Position numbers and translations under genes: made by a program
Shown: one piece after another, positions 42,470 through 54,669 of the stretch
How the letters are laid out: every line of letters begins with the position of its first letter
Numbering within the stretch: the first letter of the stretch is position 1
Notes under the pieces: model-generated
Told to the model about the DNA's origin: nothing
The model's database searches: none
The model's input: only the letters and a program-made list of their open reading frames with translations
From: Eledone cirrhosa
Taxonomy: Eukaryota
Length of the DNA stretch: 64,000 nucleotides
Direction: 5' to 3'
Assembly (NCBI GenBank): GCA_964016885.1
Contig: OZ024740.1
Location: forward strand, 17,732,001-17,796,000

Positions 42470-42594
42470 AAGGCCTACTTTGGTTGAATCTATTGAGATA
42501 TATGACAAGTGTGATTATGTTGATAAATAACAAGTGGGACATTGCTGGGAAAACAAAACATCTCAGAACTAAAGAGGCAACAGCATACTACATG
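42470..42594 (+). other. Candidate exon or pseudogene relic resembling a small-GTPase G4 region
   Basis: LWLNLLRYMTSVIMLINNKWDI...HLRTKEATAY recalls Rab WLxxLR..VIMLxGNKxD; pyrimidine tract + AG at 42468, GT at 42595 (weak donor). Confidence 0.25.
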
Positions 42595-42634
42595 GTTTAT
42601 ATATCTCTATATCTATACACATATATATATATGA

Positions 42635-42701
42635 ATAGAAATGGCTTCCTGATGATTTCTCTCGAATGAAACAGTTCTTGTCCTGTAGAAGCCATTTCTA
42701 T
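42635..42701 (+). ncRNA. Type I hammerhead ribozyme with perfect 14-bp helix I (Penelope-like pLTR context to ~42800)
   Basis: ATAGAAATGGCTTC-CTGATGA-tttc tctc gaat-GAA-ACAG ttcttgtc CTGT-A-GAAGCCATTTCTAT. Confidence 0.85.
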
Positions 42702-43376
42702 ATTAAATATTTATACTCTGCTATGTATTGAGTACATTACTTACTGTGGTTACCCACGATTGAACCCGGGATAAACTTATTTATAGAGGCCTTCAATAGG
42801 TGTGCGTGTGTATGTATGTATATATATATATATATATATACGTCAGCATATTAACTAACTAATCGGGTGCCCTCTGTACTTTAAGATGCAGTTCTTCAAT
42901 TTCAAGTTTATTATCTCATTGAGTGAGTGGGACATGGCCGGAAATCACTGAATTAAATTCGGTAACTTTCCTAAACTATATATATATAGGTTTTGTTGAA
43001 CAAATGGGGAGAAACAAAAAACTCAATACATAAGTATCAGATTTTATTATAGATATAAGGCTCTATCAGTGACTTGAAGGCCTAAGGTTTGTGCTTAAGG
43101 GCACTTATCATGTGTATGTGTGTGCACTTTTGAAAAGAGCCTACCTTATTTGGAGAAATTTTGCCAGGAGGTAGATTTGCATCCTGTAGTTATATAGAAA
43201 CCAAGGTTTACATAAAATCAACACCAATAAACATAACCACAAACACCATTCAATTATGAAGCAACATCATTTTTATGTCCACTTTTCCATACTTGCAATG
43301 GTTAAATATGTCCCCTCTAGTAAAGTATCTTTCCACTCATTTTTTTCCCTTTGTTACCTCTTATATAGTTTAGTAT

Positions 43377-44032
43377 CCTGAGCTCAACTTTTTCATATCT
43401 ATATAAACATACCTGAGCTCAACTCTTTCATATCTATATATACATACCTGAGCTCAACTCTTTCATATCTATATAAACATACCTGAGCTCAACTCTTTCA
43501 TATCTATATATACATACCTGAGCTCAACTTTTTCATACCTATGTAAACATACCTGAGCTCAACTCTGATATCTATATAAACATACCTGAGCTCAACTCTG
43601 ATATCTATATAAACATACCTGAGATCAACTCTTTCATATCTATATATACATACCTGAGCTCAACTTTTTCATATCTATATAAACATACCTGAGCTCAACT
43701 ATTTCATATCTATATAAACATACCTGAGCTCAACTCTTTCATATCTATATATACATACCTGAGCTCAACTTTTTCATATCTATATAAACATACCTGAGCT
43801 CAACTCTTTCATATCTATATAAACATACCTGAGCTCAACTCTGATATCTATATAAACATACCTGAGCTCAACTTTTCCATATCTATATAAACATACCTGA
43901 GCTCAACTTTTTCATATCTATATAAACATACCTGAGCTCAACTCTGATATCTATATAAACACACCTGAGCTCAACTCTGATATCTATATATACATACCTG
44001 AGCTCAACTCTTTCATATCAATATATACATAC
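43377..44032. repeat. 35/32-bp minisatellite (CATACCTGAGCTCAACTCTTTCATATCTATATAAA)
   Basis: About 19 copies by direct reading. Confidence 0.95.
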
Positions 44033-44035
44033 AGG

Positions 44036-44206
44036 CCCACACTGTAAATGTGGTTGGTGTTAGGAAGGGCATCCAGCTGTAGAAAACCCGCCAGATTGTC
44101 CTATGCGATCAAGATAATCACTCTTGCCTCAAGTGGGAAATCCCCCGTCCAAACCCATGCAAGCATGGAACACGGACGTTAAACGTTGATGATGATGATG
44201 ATGATG
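44036..44206 (+). mobile_element. RTE family A copy 9 (terminal 170 bp)
   Basis: Matches distal 3' UTR, (GAT)n tail. Confidence 0.92.
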
Positions 44207-44239
44207 TGTGTATGTATCTGTCTGTCAGTTTCAATAACG

Positions 44240-44482
44240 AGTGTTTCAGTTTGTCAAACAGAACAGCTTGCTCATGAAATTAATTTGTAAGTGGCTGAGC
44301 ATTTCAAAGACATGCATGAGTTTAACATAGTTTTCAAGGAGGTACAACTGGATACTGAGTGAAGGAGGTTCAACTGGATACTGAGTCTGACAAGGCTGGA
44401 ACTTTGAATGACTGACAATGAATTTTTGCAAGCTGAGTTGACTGGAACAATGTGAAATAAAGTGTCTTGCTCAAGGACACAA
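44240..44482 (-). mobile_element. Diverged SINE body
   Basis: GCTGAGTTGACTGGAACAATGTGAAATAAAGTGTCTTGCTCAAGGACAC core. Confidence 0.7.
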
Positions 44483-45136
44483 TGTGTAATACAGTGACAA
44501 TATGTAATGTAATACAGTGACAACATGTAGTGTGATACAGTGAGAATTTCTAGTGTAATACAGTAACAACATGTAGTGTAATACAGTGACAACGTGTAAT
44601 GTAATACAGTGACAACATGTATTGTAATACAATGTCACCATGTAGTGTAATACAATGTCACTATGTAGTGTGATACAGTATCACCATGTAGTGTAATACA
44701 GTGACAACATGTAGTATAATACAGTGACAACGTGTTGTGTGATACAGTGAAAACATGTAGTGTAATACAATGTCATGTAGTGTAATACAATGTCACCATC
44801 TAATGTAATACAATGTCACCATGTAGTGTGATACAGTATCACCATGTATTGTAATACAATGTCACCATGTAGTGTAATACAATGTCACTATGTAGTGTGA
44901 TACAGTATCACCATGTAGTGTAATACAGTGACAACATGTAGTATAATACAGTGACAACGTGTTGTGTGATACAGTGAAAACATGTAGTGTAATACAATGT
45001 CATGTAGTGTAATACAATGTCACCATCTAATGTAATACAATGTCACCATGTAGTGTGATACAGTATCACCATGTAGTGTAATACAATGTCACCATGTAGT
45101 GTGATACAGTATCACCATGTAGTGTAATACAGTGTC
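44483..45136. repeat. ~23-bp minisatellite (ATGTAGTGTAATACARTGWCAMC) with a ~230-bp higher-order duplication
   Basis: Direct reading; variant order at ~44625-44850 recurs at ~44850-45080. Confidence 0.92.
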
Positions 45137-45231
45137 AATCTGAACCAGGATAAATCTGTGTCAGGCATGCTACCAGTGACAACGTGTAGTTTATTAGTGT
45201 TAACATGAACCAGGACACTGGTGTGGACCAC

Positions 45232-48200
45232 CTGACCCATGCTTAAATAGCTCCATTCATTAGTAGTAGGATGTGGTACAGTAGGATGTGTTACAGTAGG
45301 AGGATGTGTTACAGTAGGATGTGGTACAGTAGAAGGATGTGGTACAGTAGGATGTGGTACAGTAGGATGTGTTACAGTAGGATGTGGTACAGTAGAAGGA
45401 TGTGGTACAGTAGGATGTGGTACAGTAGAAGGATGTGGTACAGTAGGATGTGGTACAGTAGAAGGATGTGGTACAGTAGGATGTGTTACAGTAGGAGGAT
45501 GTGGTACAGTAGGAGGATGTGGTACAGTAGGATGTGGTACAGTAGGATGTGGTACAGTAGTAGGATGTGGTACAGTAGGAGGATGTGGTACAGTAGGATG
45601 TGTTACAGTAGGATGTGGTACAGTAGAAGGATGTGGTACAGTAGGATGTGGTACAGTAGAAGGATGTGGTACAGTAGGATGTGTTACAGTAGGAGGATGT
45701 GGTACAGTAGGATGTGGTACAGTAGGATGTGGTATAGTAGGAGGATGCGGTACAGTAGGAGGTGGTACAGTAGGAGGATGTGGTACAGTAGGAGGTGGTA
45801 CAGTAGGAGGATGTGGTACAGTAGGAGGATGTGGTACAGTAGGATGTGGTACAGTAGGAGCATGTGGTACAGTAGTAGGATGTGGTACAGTAGAAGGATG
45901 TGGTACAGTAGGATGTGGTACAGTAGGAGGATGTGGTACAGTAGGAGGATGTGGTACAGTAGGAGGATGTGGTACAGTAGGAGCATGTGGTACAGTAGTA
46001 GGATGTGGTACAGTAGAAGGATGTAGTACAGTAGGATGTGGTACAGTAGGAGGATGTGGTACAGTAGGAGGATGTGGTACAGTAGGAGGATGTGGTACAG
46101 TAGGAGCATGTGGTACAGTAGTAGGATGTGGTACAGTAGAAGGATGTGGTACAGTAGGATGTGGTACAGTAGGAGGATGTGGTACAGTAGGAGGATGTGG
46201 TACAGTAGGAGGATGTGGTACAGTAGGAGGATGTGGTACAGTAGGATGTGGTACAGTAGAATGATGTGGTACAGTAGGAGGATGTGGTACAGTAGGAGGA
46301 TGTGGTACAGTAGGAGGATGTGGTACAGTAGGAGGATGAGGTACAGTAGGAGGATGTGGTACAGTAGAATGTGGTACAGTAGGAGGATGTGGTACAGTAG
46401 GAGGATGTGGTACAGTAGTAGGATGTGGTACAGTAGTAGGATGTGGTACAGTGGAATGATGTGGTACAGTAGTAGGATGTGGTACAGTAGAAGGATGTGC
46501 TACAGTAGGATGTGGTACAGTAGGAGGATGTGGTACAGTAGGAGGATGTGGTACAGTAGGAGGATGTGGTACAGTAGGAGGATGTGGTACAGTAGGAGGA
46601 TGTGGTACAGTAGGAGGATGTGGCACAGTAGGAGGATGTGGTACAGTAGAAGGATGTGGTACAGTAGGATGTGGTACAGTAGGAGGATGTGGTACAGTAG
46701 GAGGATGTGGTTCAGTAGGAGGATGTGGTACAGTAGGATGTGGTACAGTAGGATGTGGTACAGTAGGAGGATGTGGTACAGTAGGAGGATGTGGTACAGT
46801 AGGAGGATGTGGTACAGTAGGATGATGTGGTACAGTAGGAGGATGTGGTACAGTAGGAGGATGTGGTACAGTAGGATGTGGTACAGTAGGAGGATGTGGT
46901 ACAGTAGGAGGATGTGGTACAGTAGGATGTGGTACAGTAGAAGGATGTGGTACAGTAGGAGGATGTGGTACAGTAGAAGGATGTGGTACAGTAGAAGGAT
47001 GTGGTACAGTGGGATGTGGTACAGTAGTAGGATGTGGTACAGTAGGAGGATGTGGTACAGTAGGAGGATGTGGTACAGTAGTAGGATGTGGTACAGTAGA
47101 AGGATGTGGTACAGTAGGATGTGGTACAGTAGTAGGATGTGGTACAGTAGGAGGATGTGGTACAGTAGGATGTGGTACAGTAGAAGGATGTGGTACAGTA
47201 GGAGGATGTGGTACAGTAAGATGTGGTACAGTAGGATGTGGTACAGTAGGAGGATGTGGTACAGTAGGAGGATGTGGTACAGTAGGAGGATGTGGTACAG
47301 TAGGAGGATGTGGTACAGTAGGAGGATGTGGTACAGTAGAAGGATGTGGTACAGTATGATGTGGTACAGTAGAAGGATGTAGTACAGTAGGAGGATGTGG
47401 TACAGTAGGAGGATGTGGTACAGTAGGAGGATGTGGTTCAGTAGGAGGATGTGGTACAGTAAGAGGATGTGGTACAGTAGGAGGATGTGGTACAGTAGAA
47501 GGATGTGGTACAGTAGTAGGATGTGGTACAGTAGGAGGATGTGGTACAGTAGGAGGATGTGGTACAGTAGAAGGATGTGGTACAGTAGGATGTGGTACAG
47601 TAGAAGGATGTGGTACAGTAGGAGGATGTGGTACAGTAGTAGGATGTGGTACAGTAGTAGGATGTGGTACAGTAGGAGGATGTGGTACAGTAGAAGGATG
47701 TGGTACAGTAGAAGGATGTGGTACAGTAGGAGGATGTGGTACAGTAGTAGGATGTGGTACAGTAGTAGGATGTGGTACAGTAGGATGTGGTACAGTAGGA
47801 TGTGGTACAGTAGGATGTGGTACAGTAGTAGGATGTGGTACAGTAGGAGGATGTGGTACAGTAGGATGTGGTACAGTAGGATGTGGTACAGTAGTAGGAT
47901 GTGGTACAGTAGTAGGATGTGGTACAGTAGTAGGATGTGGTACAGTAGCATGTGGTACAGTAGGATGTGGTACAGTAGAAGGATGTGGTACAGTAGAAGG
48001 ATGTGGTACAGTAGGATGTAGGTACAGTAGGAGGATGTGGTACAGTAGGAGGATGTGGTTCAGTAGGAGGATGTGGTACAGTAGGATGTGGTACAGTAGG
48101 AGGATGTAGTACAGTAGGAGGATGTGGTACAGTAGGAGGATGTGGTACAGTAGGATGATGTGGTACAGTAGGAGGATGTGGTACAGTAGGAGGATGTGGT

Positions 48201-51200
48201 ACAGTAGGATGTGGTACAGTAGGAGGATGTGGTACAGTAGGAGGATGTGGTACAGTAGGAGGATGTGGTACAGTAGGATGTGGTACAGTAGAATGATGTG
48301 GTACAGTAGGAGGATGTGGTACAGTAGGAGGATGTGGTACAGTAGGAGGATGTGGTACAGTAGGAGGATGTGGTACAGTAGAATGATGTGGTACAGTAGG
48401 AGGATGTGGTACAGTAGGAGGATGTGGTACAGTAGTAGGATGTGGTACAGTAGTAGGATGTGGTACAGTAGAATGATGTGGTACAGTAGGAGGATGTGGT
48501 ACAGTAGGAGGATGTGGTACAGTAGGAGGATGTGGTACAGTAGGAGGATGTGGTACAGTAGGAGGATGTGGTACAGTAGAAGGATGTGGTACAGTAGAAG
48601 GATGTGGTACAGTAGGATGTGATACAGTAGGAGGATGTGGTACAGTAGGAGGATGTGGTTCAGTAGGAGGATGTGGTACAGTAGGATGTGGTACAGTAGG
48701 AGGATGTGGTACAGTAGGAGGATGTGGTACAGTAGGATGATGTGGTACAGTAGGAGGATGTGGTACAGTAGGATGTGGTACAGTAGGAGGATGTGGTACA
48801 GTAGGAGGATGTGGTACAGTAGAAGGATGTGGTACAGTAGGAGGATGTGGTACAGTAGAAGGATGTGGTACAGTAGAAGGATGTGGTACAGTGGGATGTG
48901 GTACAGTAGTAGGATGTGGTACAGTAGGAGGATGTGGTACAGTAGGAGGATGTGGTACAGTAGTAGGATGTGGTACAGTAGGAGGATGTGGTACAGTAGA
49001 AGGATGTGGTACAGTAGGAGGATGTGGTACAGTAAGATGTGGTACAGTAGGATGTGGTACAGTAGGAGGATGTGGTACAGTAGGAGGATGTGGTACAGTA
49101 GGAGGATGTGGTACAGTAGAAGGATGTGGTACAGTATGTGGTACAGTAGAAGGATGTAGTACAGTAGGAGGATGTGGTACAGTAGGAGGATGTGGTACAG
49201 TAGGAGGATGTGGTTCAGTAGGAGGATGTGGTACAGTAGGAGTATGTGGTACAGTAAGAGGATGTGGTACAGTAGGAGGATGTGGTACAGTAGAAGGATG
49301 TGGTACAGTAGAAGGATGTGGTACAGTAGAAGGATGTGGTACAGTAGTAGGATGTGGTACAGTAGGAGGATGTGGTACAGTAGAAGGATGTGGTACAGTA
49401 GAAGGATGTGGTACAGTAGGATGTGGTACAGTAGAAGGATGTGGTACAGTAGGATGTGGTACAGTAGAAGGATGTGGTACAGTAGGAGGATGTGGTACAG
49501 TAGTAGGATGTGGTACAGTAGTAGGATGTGGTACAGTAGGAGGATGTGGTACAGTAGAAGGATGTGGTACAGTAGAAGGATGTGGTACAGTAGGAGGATG
49601 TGGTACAGTAGTAGGATGTGGTACAGTAGAAGGATGTGGTACAGTAGGAGGATGTGGTACAGTAGAAGGATGTGGTACAGTGGGATGTGGTACAGTAGTA
49701 GGATGTGGTACAGTAGGAGGATGTGGTACAGTAGAAGGATGTGGTACAGTAGGATGTGGTACAGTAGTAGGATGTGGTACAGTAGGAGGATGTGGTACAG
49801 TAGGATGTGGTACAGTAGAAGGATGTGGTACAGTAGGAGGATGTGGTACAGTAGGATGTGGTACAATAGGAGGATGTGGTACAGTAGGAGGATGTGGTAC
49901 AGTAGGAGGATGTGGTACAGTAGAAGGATGTGGTACAGTATGATGTGGTACAGTAGAAGGATGTAGTACAGTAGGAGGATGTGGTACAGTAGGAGGATGT
50001 GGTACAGTAGGAGGATGTGGTTCAGTAGGAGGATGTGGTACAGTAGGAGGATGTGGTACAGTAAGAGGATGTGGTACAGTAGGAGGATGTGGCACAGTAG
50101 AAGGATGTGGTACAGTAGAAGGATGTGGTACAGTAGTAGGATGTGGTACAGTAGGAGGATGTGGTACAGTAGAAGGATGTGGTACAGTAGAAGGATGTGG
50201 TACAGTAGGATGTGGTACAGTAGAAGGATGTGGTACAGTAGGATGTGGTACAGTAGAAGGATGTGGTACAGTAGGAGGATGTGGTACAGTAGAAGGATGT
50301 GGTACAGTAGAAGGATGTGGTACAGTAGGATGTGAAACAGTAGGATGTGGTACAGTAGTAGGATGTGGTACAGTAGAAGGATGTGGTACAGTAGGAGGAT
50401 GTGGTACAGTAGTAGGATGTGGTACAGTAGTAGGATGTGGTACAGTAGGAGGATGTGGTACAGTAGAAGGATGTGGTACAGTAGAAGGATGTGGTACAGT
50501 AGGAGGATGTGGTACAGTAGTAGGATGTGGTACAGTAGTAGGATGTGGTACAGTAGGAGGATGTGGTACAGTAGGATGTGGTACAGTAGGATGTGGTACA
50601 GTAGTAGGATGTGGTACAGTAGGAGGATGTGGTACAGTAGGAGGATGTGGTACAGTAGTAGGATGTGGTACAGTAGGAGGATGTGGTACAGTAGGATGTG
50701 GTACAGTAGGATGTGGTACAGTAGTAGGATGTGGTACAGTAGTAGGATGTGGTACAGTAGGATGTGGTACAGTAGGAGGATGTGGTACAGTAGGAGGATG
50801 TGGTACAGTAGAAGGATGTGGTACAGTAGGAGGATGTGGTACAGTAGGATGTGGTACAGTAGGATGTGGTACAGTAGGAGGATGTGGTACAGTAGAAGGA
50901 TGTGGTACAGTAGAAGGATGTGGTACAGTAGGAGGATGTGGTACAGTAGGAGGATGTGGTACAGTAGGAGGATGTGGTACAGTAGGAGGATGTGGTACAG
51001 TAGGAGGATGTGGTACAGTAGAAGGATGTGGTACAGTAGGAGGATGTGGTACAGTAGGAGGATGTGGTACAGTAGGATGTGGTACAGTAGGAGGATGTGG
51101 TACAGTAGAAGGATGTGGTACAGTAGGAGGATGTGGTACAGTAGGATGTGGTACAGTAGGAGGATGTGGTACAGTAGGAGGATGTGGTACAGTAGGAGGA

Positions 51201-52620
51201 TGTGGTACAGTAAGAGGATGTGGTACAGTAGGATGTGGTACAGTAGGAGGATGTGGTACAGTAGGAGGATGTGGTACAGTAGTAGGATGTGGTACAGTTG
51301 TAGGATGTGGTACAGTAGGAGGATGTGGTACAGTAGTAGGATGTGGTACAGTAGTAGGATGTGGTACAGTAGGATGTGTTACAGTAGGATGTGGTACAGT
51401 AGGAGGATGTGGTACAGTAAGATGTGTTACAGTAGGATGTGGTACAGTAAGATGTGGTACAGTAGGATGTGGTACAGTAGAAGGATGTGGTACAGTAGGA
51501 TGTGGTACAGTAGGAGGATGTGGTACAGTAGTAGGATGTGGTACAGTAGGATGTGGTACATTAGAAGGATGTGGTACAGTAGGAGGATGTGGTACAGTAG
51601 TAGGATGTAGTACAGTAGTAGGATGTGGTACAGTAGGATGTGGTACAGTAGAAGGATGTAGTACAGTAGTAGGATGTGGTACAGTAGGAGGATGTGGTAC
51701 AGTAGGATGTGGTACAGTAGAAGGATGTGGTACAGTAGTAGGATGTGGTACAGTAGGAGGATGTGGTACAGTAGTAGGATGTGGTACAGTAGAAGGATGT
51801 GGTACAGTAGTAGGATGTGGTACAGTAGGATGTGGTACAGTAGAAGGATGTGGTACAGTAGTAGGATGTGGTACAGTAGGAGGATGTGGTACATTAGAAG
51901 GATGTGGTACAGTAGGATGTGGTACAGTAGGAGGATGTGGTACAGTAGTAGGATGTGGTACAGTAGGAGGATGTGGTACAGTAGGATGTGGTACAGTAGA
52001 AGGATGTGGTACAGTAGTAGGATGTGGTACAGTAGTAGGATGTGGTACATTAGAAGGATGTGGTACAGTAGGATGTGGTACAGTAGGAGGATGTGGTACA
52101 GTAGTAGGATGTGGTACAGTAGGAGGATGTGGTACAGTAGGATGTGGTACAGTAGAAGGATGTGGTACAGTAGTAGGATGTGGTACAGTAGGAGGATGTG
52201 GTACAGTAGGATGTGGTACAGTAGAAGGATGTGGTACAGTAGTAGGATGTGGTACAGTAGGAGGATGTGGTACAGTAGGATGTGGTACAGTAGAAGGATG
52301 TGGTACAGTAGTAGGATGTGGTACAGTAGGAGGATGTGGTACAGTAGGAGGATGTGGTACAGTAGTAGGATGTGGTACAGTAGGAGGATGTGGTACAGTA
52401 GGAGGATGTGGTACAGTAGGATGTGGTACAGTAGGATGTGGTACAGTAGAAGGATGTGGTACAGTAGTAGGATGTGGTACAGTAGGAGGATGTGGTACAG
52501 TAGGAGGATGTGGTACAGTAGTAGGATGTGGTACAGTAGGAGGATGTGGTACAGTAGGATGTGGTACAGTAAATGTGGATTTATTGAAACATGGTTCAGG
52601 TTTAACAACAATGAAGTTAG
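45232..52620 (-). CDS. Candidate giant exon encoding ~2,450 aa of TVPHP(P/T/S) repeats, one 1-nt insertion at 48020
   Basis: tctattcag acceptor, unique in-frame leader [16 protein letters not shown], stop-free TVPHP frame (ORFs 47438-52654 and 45112-49866), unique trailer [11 protein letters not shown]; donor weak; expression unknown. Confidence 0.3.
45262..52571. repeat. 7.3-kb 15/18-bp satellite (GGATGTGGTACAGTA +/- GGA/GAA/GTA), roughly 420-430 units
   Basis: Direct reading. Confidence 0.98.
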
Positions 52621-52908
52621 CTGAATAGATATTTACATATAGACATATACACATATATACACAGACTTATACACATATATACACAGACTTATACACATAT
52701 ATACGTAGACATACATATATACACAGACATATACATTTAATAATAATAATAATGAAATTATTGTGTACAGTGCTCAGGTGCACTACAACTCATCAATGGT
52801 GCATGTATAGTACATAGAATAATATACAAATATCAAGAAAGTGAACAGTGTATGAGTTATAATATATATGCACAGACATACCCCAAAACAGACATTTTAT
52901 ATATATAA

Positions 52909-52960
52909 AGTTTCAGAAGAACCCGGAAGAGGGTGAAAGCAGTGATTATTTGCTTAAACT
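52909..52960 (+). other. Degenerate hammerhead-like motif; related copy on minus strand at ~37413-37470
   Basis: AGTTT-CAGAAGA-accc..gggt-GAA-AGCA..TGCT-T-AAACT; core deviates (CAGA instead of CUGA). Confidence 0.45.
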
Positions 52961-53129
52961 GTAATCTGTACTACTACAACTACTACTACATATATATATA
53001 TACACACATATGCTGTTTATAATGAGGCTAACGCTATGCAGCAAGTGTGCACCGCTATAGAGACTGTGTTAAGTCATGTAATGAATATGCAACACCATGC
53101 AGTGATTAAGTGCAGCCTATTTCAGAAAG

Positions 53130-53375
53130 TGTGTATGTGACATGGTGCATGGAGTGTGTGTGTGACATCGTACAGGCAGTGTGTGTGACAACATACAGGG
53201 AGTGTGTGACCCCATGAGGGAGTGTGTGTGACATCGTACAGGGAGTGTATGTGACCCCATGAGGGTGTGTGTGTGTGACAACATACAGGGAGTGTTTGTG
53301 ACATCGTACAGGGAGTGTGTGACCCCATGAGGGTGTGTGTGTGACAACATACAGGGAGTGTATGTGACCCCACAC
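53130..53375. repeat. Compound ~22-bp minisatellite with three alternating variants
   Basis: GTGTGACATCGTACAGGGA / GTGACAACATACAGGGA / GTGACCCCATGAGGG cycle. Confidence 0.85.
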
Positions 53376-53495
53376 ACAGGAAGTTGTGTTATTTCAGAAC
53401 ATTCTAGGTGGACCTTAACACACCACTTCACACCACCTCCCTCTAGGTTTGTTGTCAGATCTTACTCCTCTGAGGGTGGGTATCTGGACAGTTGG

Positions 53496-53620
53496 ACACT
53501 TTAGAACATTTGATGGGGTGGTCAGTTGACACTTCAGAACATTTGATGGGGTGGTCAGTTGACACTTCAGTACATTTGATGTGGTGGTCAGTTGACACTT
53601 CAGTACATTTGATGTGGTGG
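53496..53620. repeat. 30-bp tandem repeat x4
   Basis: GACACTTCAGWACATTTGATGKGGTGGTCAGTT. Confidence 0.9.
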
Positions 53621-53699
53621 GCCCTCTTTTAAGCAAGTAACACATTTCAGGACATTATTTTTATAAACTTTTCGAAATTTGAAGGTCTACCACTGAAAA

Positions 53700-53846
53700 G
53701 TGTGTGTCTGTGTGTGTGTGAGTGTGTGTGTGTGTGATGTGTGTGTGTGTGTGTGTGTGAATGTGTGTGTCTGTGTGTGTGTGTGTGTGAGTGTGTCTGT
53801 GTGTGTATGTGTGTGAGTGAATGTATATGTGTGAGTGTGAGTGTGT
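53700..53846. repeat. (TG)n microsatellite
   Basis: Direct reading. Confidence 0.95.
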
Positions 53847-54339
53847 GGAGGGGAATCAGTGCCACTATATCTCACTTTATTTCCCCGTTCGCTAGCTTGT
53901 AACAATAGTGACAATACTATCTTCCTCACACAAATGCAAATGTGCCCAAAAGTCCATTTTTCATTCCTCATAACTAAACTTATTAACTTGTTAGACTATA
54001 TACATGTGTTTGTGTCTATATTGTATCTGTATTTTTGACCGTTGGTCAGTCAATGGTATAACTGAGGACCGAATAATTTAAATTAACCGATATAAAAGAC
54101 ACAGAAGAGAAAACCAACCAAACAGTGAGTGTGTTCTGTTATTATTTCTGGCAATATTATTACACAAATATGACCCTCCCCAAGTATAACAAACGTATTA
54201 ACCATTTCTACAAACTCACACACGTTCTATTAGTGTTGACTTAAATTGACCATTGATACTTATAATACAAATATCATCATCTCATCATCATCATCTTCGT
54301 TTAACGTCTATCAAACAGAACCATGGTTTAGTGAGAAGG

Positions 54340-54570
54340 GAGGAGAGAGGAGAGAGGTTAGGGTGGAGAGAGGAGAGAGGTTAGGGTGGAGAGAGGAGAG
54401 AGGTTAGGGGGTAGAGAGAGGAGAGAAGTTAGGGGGTAGAGAGAGGAGAGAAGTTAGGGGGTAGAGACAGGAGAGAGGTTAGGGGGTAGAGAGAGGAGAG
54501 AGGTTAGGGGGTAGAGAGAGGAGAGAGGTTAGGGGGTAGAGAGAGAAGAGAGGTTAGAGGGTGGAGAGAA
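54340..54570. repeat. 22-24 bp G/A-rich minisatellite containing GTTAGGG
   Basis: AGAGAGGAGAGAGGTTAGGGGGT units. Confidence 0.9.
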
Positions 54571-54669
54571 ACACTAAACCTTTTGTTGTGTGACAAAGGA
54601 AAGTCCTTAAACAATATTCAGAAAGACAAGGTGTTAACATAAGAAGTTCCAGGGTTAGGGTTAGGGTTG

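Noticed and set aside
45271-52624. MWYSRR, GCGTV, YHILLL and CTTSSY frames of the 15/18-bp array
   Set aside because: Each is broken by repeated stops; only the TVPHP frame spans the array
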